Notes under the pieces: model-generated | The model's database searches: none | Told to the model about the DNA's origin: nothing | The model's input: the letters and a program-made list of their open reading frames with translations, nothing else | Translations under genes and position numbers: made by a program | Assembly (NCBI GenBank): GCA_030641225.1 | Contig: DAOWHW010000019.1 | Span: 1-49,309, forward strand | DNA: 49,309 nt | Direction: 5' to 3' | Source: an archaeon | GTDB taxonomy: Archaea > Nanobdellota > Nanobdellia > Pacearchaeales > UBA284 | Shown: positions 43,582 to 49,309 of the stretch, one piece after another | Layout: each line of letters starts with the position of its first letter | Position numbering within the stretch: the first letter of the stretch is position 1

Positions 43582-45117
43582 ATGGAAAGGCCAAGGGAAT
43601 ATCAACAATCTATTTTTGAAACAGCAAAAAGGCATAATACTTTAGTTGTACTCCCAACAGGGCTTGGTAAAACACTTATTGCTTTACTTCTTGCTTCTCA
43701 TAGAATTGAAAAATTTCCAGAATCAAAAATTCTTTTTCTTGCTCCAACTCGTCCTCTAGTAGAACAACACTATGATTACTTTAAAAAACATTTAGTCAAA
43801 GAATATAAAAGCCGCATTTTTACTGGTAAAATTAATGCAAAAAAGAGAGCAGAGTTGTGGGAAAGGACAAGAATTATCTTCTCAACACCCCAATGTATTG
43901 AAAATGATTTAAAAAATAGGAGAATTCATCTGAAAGAAGTTTCCTTACTTATTGAAGACGAAACCCATAGATGTCTAAAAAATTATTCATATGTTTATGT
44001 TGCTCAAATATATTTTAAAGAAGCAAAAAATCCTAGAATTTTAGGCTTAACAGCAAGTCCTGGAAATGAAGTAGCTATAATTAAAAAAATATGTAAAAAT
44101 TTGGGAATAGGGGCTGTAGAAATCAGAACAAGGGAAAGTTCTGATGTTAAGCCATATCTACAAAAACTTCAAAAAGAGATTATAAAGGTTGAGCTTACAA
44201 AAGAAATGCAAAAAATAAGGTCACTACTTCAAGAAATTTATCAAAAAAGGATTGAAGAATTAAAAAATAGAAAACTTTTATTTTCTAGAGTAACTAAAAC
44301 AAATCTTATAGAGCTACAAAAAAAACTTCATAGAATGATTTCTACGGGCAACAGGCATTTTAATGTTCTTAGGGGTGTAAGTGTCTGCGCGCAGACCATA
44401 AAAATTCAACATCTTCTAGAACTTCTTGAAACACAAGGAATTGAAACAACTAAAAATTATATGGATAATTTATTTGAGCAGGAAAAAGCAGGAAAAAGTA
44501 AGGCTGCTAAACAGCTTGTAAATGCTAAACAGTTTGGAGATGCTTATATTCTTTTAATGGAACTTTATAACAAAAACATAGAACACCCAAAATTTGAAAA
44601 GCTCAAGAGGATAATGGGAGAAGAGATAAAACAAAATAAGGAACTTAAAGTTATAATCTTTTCTCAATACAGAGACAGTGTAAATAAAATAGCTCAGATT
44701 CTTACAGCAAAAGGAATAAAATCAAAAGTTTTTGTAGGACAGGCAAAAAGAAAAACAGATGGTCTAACACAAATTGAGCAACAAGCGATTCTTAGAGAAT
44801 TTAAACAAGGGAAAATAAATGCTCTAGTATCTACAAGTGTTGGTGAGGAAGGTCTTGATATTCCAGAAGTTGATCTTGTAGTTTTTTATGAGCCTATTCC
44901 TAGTGCTATAAGAAAAATTCAGCGTGCAGGAAGAACAGCAAGACTAAAATCAGGAAAATTAATAATTTTATTGACAAAAGGAACAAGAGATGAAAGTTAT
45001 CACTGGGCTGCTCACCAGAAAGAAAAGAAAATGTATAGAATTCTTGAAGATATAAAACAAGATTTTAAAAATAAAATAAATAAAAAACAGCAAAAGAAAA
45101 TTAATGAATTTGATTAA
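43582..45117 (+). CDS. hef: Hef/FANCM-type SF2 helicase (helicase-only polypeptide)
   Basis: Motif I LPTGLGKT, motif II EDETHR, LTASPG, an inserted helical domain, then VSTSVGEEGLDIPEVDLVVFYEP and QRAGRTAR. There is no ERCC4 domain in this ORF. Confidence 0.8.
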   Translation: MERPREYQQSIFETAKRHNTLVVLPTGLGKTLIALLLASHRIEKFPESKILFLAPTRPLVEQHYDYFKKHLVKEYKSRIFTGKINAKKRAELWERTRIIFSTPQCIENDLKNRRIHLKEVSLLIEDETHRCLKNYSYVYVAQIYFKEAKNPRILGLTASPGNEVAIIKKICKNLGIGAVEIRTRESSDVKPYLQKLQKEIIKVELTKEMQKIRSLLQEIYQKRIEELKNRKLLFSRVTKTNLIELQKKLHRMISTGNRHFNVLRGVSVCAQTIKIQHLLELLETQGIETTKNYMDNLFEQEKAGKSKAAKQLVNAKQFGDAYILLMELYNKNIEHPKFEKLKRIMGEEIKQNKELKVIIFSQYRDSVNKIAQILTAKGIKSKVFVGQAKRKTDGLTQIEQQAILREFKQGKINALVSTSVGEEGLDIPEVDLVVFYEPIPSAIRKIQRAGRTARLKSGKLIILLTKGTRDESYHWAAHQKEKKMYRILEDIKQDFKNKINKKQQKKINEFD

Positions 45118-45614
45118 TAATAGCCCTTTATATCTTTGTCTTCATTATGATCAGCTTCTTTCACCCATTTTTTAACAACTAGTTTTTCTATTCCTTTATC
45201 TGTTCTAATAATCACTAATTCAATACCGGAATTTATGATCACTTTTTGACAACTTTTGCAAGGATATGCAAATGTATGTGAGCCATCTGCTCTTTCTCCA
45301 TCTATATACATTACAGCTTCAAGAACTTTTGCTCCATTTCTGGCTGCATTAATTATTGCATTCACTTCGGCATGTAAGGGTCCTGTTCTACAAACATCAT
45401 AATCTTTTCCTTCTGGTCTATCATATTTGTCTTTTAAACAATAACCTATATCTTGGCAGTTTGGAGCACCCCTTACAGAACCATTATATCCCATGCTTAC
45501 AGAAGCATCATTTAAAACTATTACCGCACCAAAATGTCTTCTTAGACAAGTGCTTCGTTTTGATATATCTCTAGCTATATTCAGATAATATTCATCTTTA
45601 CTCGGTCTGTCCAT
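45114..45614 (-). CDS. dCMP deaminase (ComEB-like)
   Basis: Zinc ligand motifs HAEVNAI and PCKSCQKVI. The 3' end overlaps the hef stop by 4 nt, in convergent orientation. Confidence 0.85.
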   Translation of the reverse strand: MDRPSKDEYYLNIARDISKRSTCLRRHFGAVIVLNDASVSMGYNGSVRGAPNCQDIGYCLKDKYDRPEGKDYDVCRTGPLHAEVNAIINAARNGAKVLEAVMYIDGERADGSHTFAYPCKSCQKVIINSGIELVIIRTDKGIEKLVVKKWVKEADHNEDKDIKGYY

Positions 45615-45750
45615 ATTTTTAGAATATTAATCCAGTTTATAAAAATCATTATAATAAAAAGGTATATTTATATTTATAACATTAATTTTTACTAACATAA
45701 ACATTAAAAAATCCTGTTATGTTAAAATCTTATGATGTGGGTAGAATAAA

Positions 45751-46386
45751 ATGATAATTATAGACAAAATGGAAAAAAACTCAATGGTAATTTCTGAATT
45801 AGTAGCAGCAAATCAGGACATCAAAATTGAAAAATTGAAGGTTGCTGATTATATTATTGGAAATATAGGTATAGAAAGAAAAACCACAAGCGATTTTATT
45901 AATTCAATGCTAAATAAAAGACTATTAAGACAATTGGGAGAGTTAAAACAATTCAAACAAGCCTTGTTAATTATTGAAGGAATAGATGATCATCCTCTTT
46001 ATGAATTTGGAAAAGTTCATCCAAATGCTATCCGTGGAATGATGTTGGCAGTTACATTAAATTTTAATATCCCAATAATTTTAACACAAAATTCCGAGGA
46101 TACGGCTAAATTTCTTATTCTTTTAGAAAAAAAACAAAAACAAGTAAAGAAAGAAATAAGTTTGAAAGCAAATAGGAAAGCATATAATTTGGCAGAGCAG
46201 CAGCAATTTATTCTTGAATCTTTTCCTGGAATAGGTCCAGTAACAGCAAAAAATCTTCTTAAACATTTTAAAACTCTAAGTAAAGTAATTAGTGCAAAAC
46301 CAAAAGAGCTAGAAAAGGCAAAATTACAGAAAAAGAAAGTAGAGGCAATGAAAAAAATTATTGAAACAAAATATCAAGAAAAATAA
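45751..46386 (+). CDS. ERCC4/XPF-type nuclease domain protein with a C-terminal HhH2 (Hef nuclease half)
   Basis: VADYIIGNIGIERKTTSDFINS carries the ERK...D nuclease signature. FPGIGPVTAKNLLKHF is a helix-hairpin-helix. Confidence 0.75.
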   Translation: MIIIDKMEKNSMVISELVAANQDIKIEKLKVADYIIGNIGIERKTTSDFINSMLNKRLLRQLGELKQFKQALLIIEGIDDHPLYEFGKVHPNAIRGMMLAVTLNFNIPIILTQNSEDTAKFLILLEKKQKQVKKEISLKANRKAYNLAEQQQFILESFPGIGPVTAKNLLKHFKTLSKVISAKPKELEKAKLQKKKVEAMKKIIETKYQEK

Positions 46387-46392
46387 TAAAAT

Positions 46393-46677
46393 TTAAGATC
46401 TTATACAAGAATTAACAAGTTTTGCAAGATTATCAAAATAAGGTTTGTATGTTATCTTGTGATATAAAGCATTAATTATTATGTTTTTGTCTGATTTATT
46501 TAATTTATAAATATCTAATTTCAAATATTCTACTTTTTTAGTAATTATTCCATAAACCTGCATAGCAAAATATCCATTAAGGCCTCTTTTTTCAAGATCT
46601 AATTTAAATTTTGCTTTATTTTTATTAATAGAATCAATACAAGAAGTTAATAAGACCTTACCATCTAAAAATACCAT
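46393..46677 (-). CDS. Hypothetical protein, 94 aa
   Basis: Clean ORF with no motif recognised. Confidence 0.35.
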   Translation of the reverse strand: MVFLDGKVLLTSCIDSINKNKAKFKLDLEKRGLNGYFAMQVYGIITKKVEYLKLDIYKLNKSDKNIIINALYHKITYKPYFDNLAKLVNSCIRS

Positions 46678-46743
46678 TAAAATAAGAAAAAGAGATTTTT
46701 GTTAATAAATATTATTGCTCTCAAATGTAGATATTAACAGATA

Positions 46744-47295
46744 TTAAAACTCAAATTTAAGAATATCTTCATAAATTGGACCATCGGCCATTAGTGTTGA
46801 TTTTTTAAATGAAAAATTTTTAATTTCAAATTTAATGGATTTAACAGTTAATTTTCTAAGATGCTCGACAAATTTTTCTTTGTGCTTAATATATTTTATT
46901 CTGGAAAAAGTAATATGCGTTTCAAAGGTTTTATTTTTTCTGAAACCCACTCTGATAAGTGTTTCATCTATTTTCTTCTGTAAATCAATAAGTTTTTCTT
47001 TAGGCAAAACATCGACCCAGATAACACGAATATAATTTGATGATGGAAAAACACCAACAGAATTAAGTTTAACTTTAAAGGGTTCAAATTTTATTTCACT
47101 CAATACGTTTTTTATTTTATCGACCTGGCTTTCTGTTAATTCTCCAAGAAACTTTATTGTGAAATGTAAATTCTCTGGTTTAACTAATTTTATTTTAGCT
47201 ATTGTTTCATCTGCTATTTTCTGTAATTCTTTTTCAATTTTTTTAATCTCTTCCTTGACTTCAGCTGGCAAGTCAATTGAAATAAAACATCTCAT
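46744..47295 (-). CDS. thpR: RNA 2',3'-cyclic phosphodiesterase / 2'-5' RNA ligase family (ThpR/LigT)
   Basis: Two HxT/S motifs with the right spacing: LHFTIKFLG and THITFSR. Confidence 0.8.
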   Translation of the reverse strand: MRCFISIDLPAEVKEEIKKIEKELQKIADETIAKIKLVKPENLHFTIKFLGELTESQVDKIKNVLSEIKFEPFKVKLNSVGVFPSSNYIRVIWVDVLPKEKLIDLQKKIDETLIRVGFRKNKTFETHITFSRIKYIKHKEKFVEHLRKLTVKSIKFEIKNFSFKKSTLMADGPIYEDILKFEF

Positions 47296-47297
47296 TT

Positions 47298-48044
47298 TTA
47301 CATAAATTCAGAAATAATCTTAGCTCCCAATTTAACAGTTAAATTATTTATATCTTTATCCGGATTTATTTCTACGATATCACAAGCTTTTAGATTTTTT
47401 GGTAAAGCTAATCTTTGAATTAGATATAGGAATTCCTTACTTGATAATCCTCCTGGTTCAACATAGCCTGTTCCTGGAGCAAATGCTGGGTCAATAACAT
47501 CTATATCTATGCTTATATATAAAGCATCGAATTTCCTTGCTTGTTCTGTAATTAGATCAGCTGTTTCTTTGAAATCAGAAACTAATTCTTTCATCCAAAA
47601 ACAATTTATCTTATTCTCTCTCAAAAATTTTAGTTCTTGAGGATCTACATTTCTAAGACCAACTAGAATAATTTGTTTAGAATCAAAACCTTGTTCAATT
47701 AAAGCTCTAACCCACTCTTCATGTGTTGGTTCTTTCATAGGTTTCATGCAATCAGCATGAGCATCAAAAATAATAATACCAGCATTTTTATTTAAAGAAT
47801 TAAAACTTTTGACTAAAGGAAAGGAAATAGAGTGATCGCCACCAAGAAAAACAACAAAATTCTTATTAAAAAAATTTGGGGCTTCATTCAAAATATTATT
47901 AATTGTTTCCTCTGCATTATTGTTGTTAATTTTAATTTCTTCTGTATTTATGTTTGTTAATTGCCTTACTATCTTTTCTGGAGCTTTTTCGCATCCTTTT
48001 GTTTTACCAAGTCCATTTATGGCTGGAACTTTAACAATTAACAT
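47298..48044 (-). CDS. Arginase-family ureohydrolase (agmatinase-like)
   Basis: Mn-ligand motifs GGDHSISFP, FDAHADC and SIDIDVIDPAFAPGTG. At 248 aa it is shorter than typical. Confidence 0.75.
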   Translation of the reverse strand: MLIVKVPAINGLGKTKGCEKAPEKIVRQLTNINTEEIKINNNNAEETINNILNEAPNFFNKNFVVFLGGDHSISFPLVKSFNSLNKNAGIIIFDAHADCMKPMKEPTHEEWVRALIEQGFDSKQIILVGLRNVDPQELKFLRENKINCFWMKELVSDFKETADLITEQARKFDALYISIDIDVIDPAFAPGTGYVEPGGLSSKEFLYLIQRLALPKNLKACDIVEINPDKDINNLTVKLGAKIISEFM

Positions 48045-48047
48045 TTT

Positions 48048-49241
48048 TTAATTTGGAGCAAGAATAGCTGTACTATAACTTTTTATTTTTGCTAATTTTT
48101 TTAAATCTGTAATTTTAACTTCATAAATTTTTTCAGGATAATCATAAACATCTTCTGCTTTAGTCGCTATTTCTTGTAGAATAAGATTGGTGGCAACATT
48201 ATCACAAGATTCAGAGCCAAGCTCCCAGTTACCAATTTTTTGCTCCTTTGCTTCTTCAAGGTCCTTTATTTTTATTTTTGACATATTTTTAATTTCTCTC
48301 AGAACTATGTCTCTAACCTTCTTTATATTCTCTTTTTTTATTCCAGCATAAATTATACTATAACCATAATCTTTCTCTTGTTCAAGATAACTATGAATAG
48401 TATATGCCCAGCCTCTTTTTTCTCTAACCTCTCTAAAAAGAATAGAGGACATACCCTCTCCAAGAATTGCATTAAATAATTCACTTGTATATCTTTGTTT
48501 ATCAGACAGTGAAGGAGAATGAAAACCTAATGTGAAATGGGTTTGATCAAGTCCATGTCTCTTTTCAATTAAGTGATTGCTTTTTTTTATAAGTTTTATC
48601 TTGGGAAGAATTTTTTTTGCTGGTATTTTAAAGTAATTTTTAGCCAAATCATTTATATCTTTCAGATTTGCATTTCCCACAACTGAAATTATTAGATCTT
48701 GTGGATTATAATATTTATGCCAATCTATAAAATTTTTTCTTTTAAATCGTAAAATATTCTCTTTGAGTCCAAGAATTGGCATTCCGAATGGTGTCTTATA
48801 TAAAAATTCTTTAATTTTGAAAAGTAAATATTGATTTGGTAAATCATGAGCACGATCTATTTCAGATAAAATAACTCCTTTTTCTCTATCAATATCTCTT
48901 ATAGCTAATTTTGGGTTAGATACAAGATCAAATATAACATTAGCACCAATATTAAAATATTTAGATGGTATCTTTGCCCAAAAAGCAGTTATTTGTTCTG
49001 ATGTAAAAGCATTAATTATCCCACCTACTTTTTCAATTGAAGAACTTATCTCATCCACTGTTCTAGTTTTTGTTCCTTTGAAAACTATATGCTCAAAAAA
49101 ATGTGCGATACCTTTATTCCTAAGATTTTCATAAGCTGCTCCAGCCCTTGTGGCAACCATTATTGTTACTATTGGCAAATCTCTTTTTTCAAATAAAATG
49201 GTTAATCCGTTCTTTTGTTTAACTTTATAAAATTCAACCAT
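48048..49241 (-). CDS. M16 (pitrilysin) family zinc peptidase
   Basis: The inverted zinc motif HFFEHIVFKGT (HxxEH) lies near the N-terminus, and the 397-aa length is typical. Confidence 0.8.
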   Translation of the reverse strand: MVEFYKVKQKNGLTILFEKRDLPIVTIMVATRAGAAYENLRNKGIAHFFEHIVFKGTKTRTVDEISSSIEKVGGIINAFTSEQITAFWAKIPSKYFNIGANVIFDLVSNPKLAIRDIDREKGVILSEIDRAHDLPNQYLLFKIKEFLYKTPFGMPILGLKENILRFKRKNFIDWHKYYNPQDLIISVVGNANLKDINDLAKNYFKIPAKKILPKIKLIKKSNHLIEKRHGLDQTHFTLGFHSPSLSDKQRYTSELFNAILGEGMSSILFREVREKRGWAYTIHSYLEQEKDYGYSIIYAGIKKENIKKVRDIVLREIKNMSKIKIKDLEEAKEQKIGNWELGSESCDNVATNLILQEIATKAEDVYDYPEKIYEVKITDLKKLAKIKSYSTAILAPN

Positions 49242-49309
49242 AATTACACTAAAAAAGGTTATTTTAAATTATTTTCTACTGATAAAATATCTTATAAAAA
49301 GGTTATAAA

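Noticed and set aside
1-49309. CRISPR arrays, rRNA genes, transposases or integrases, prophage modules and recognisable defence systems
   Set aside because: I looked for regularly spaced direct repeats, GC-rich structured RNA islands other than the three tRNAs, and the corresponding protein motifs in all listed ORFs. None were found.

Overview
The window is an AT-rich archaeal chromosomal segment. Archaeal or eukaryal-type information genes show this: RadA, RPA, Spt5, SecE, aIF5A, ribosomal proteins S3Ae/L44e/L40e/L1/P0/P1, SRP54/FtsY, FtsZ, a split Hef and archaeal-type GlyRS. The short genes, lysine-rich proteins and patchy metabolism (lone ThiC, Nudix, HIT, dCMP deaminase, agmatinase-like) suggest a DPANN-type lineage, but that is inference. 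Three tRNAs are present: Val-GAC, Thr-UGU and Ala-GGC. I saw no rRNA, CRISPR array, transposase or integrase. The most interesting content is a large type IV pilus-like surface locus at about 10.3-28.2 kb. It has a FlaJ/TadC-like polytopic platform protein (12811-14973) and a run of 11 + strand genes (15741-21845). Ten of these start with the same prepilin-type (class III) signal, [NK][KR][KR][GA] followed by a hydrophobic helix. Three of the ten are under 60 aa and are missing from the ORF track. A FlaI/VirB11/GspE-type ATPase lies at 25919-28219. One pilin-like protein carries a C-terminal GH73-type peptidoglycan glucosaminidase domain, and another carries a perfect six-glycine GxxxG zipper. 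RPA and RadA sit between the pilin run and the ATPase. A triplicated membrane-protein family plus a PRC-barrel gene is transcribed divergently from the platform gene. Two very large proteins with similar N-termini lie at 1-3519. Other notable items are a miniature archaeosortase-like protein, an apparently inactivated M50-like membrane protein and Hef split into separate helicase and nuclease genes. All calls come from reading motifs in the supplied translations and my own translations of short ORFs. No similarity searches were run.
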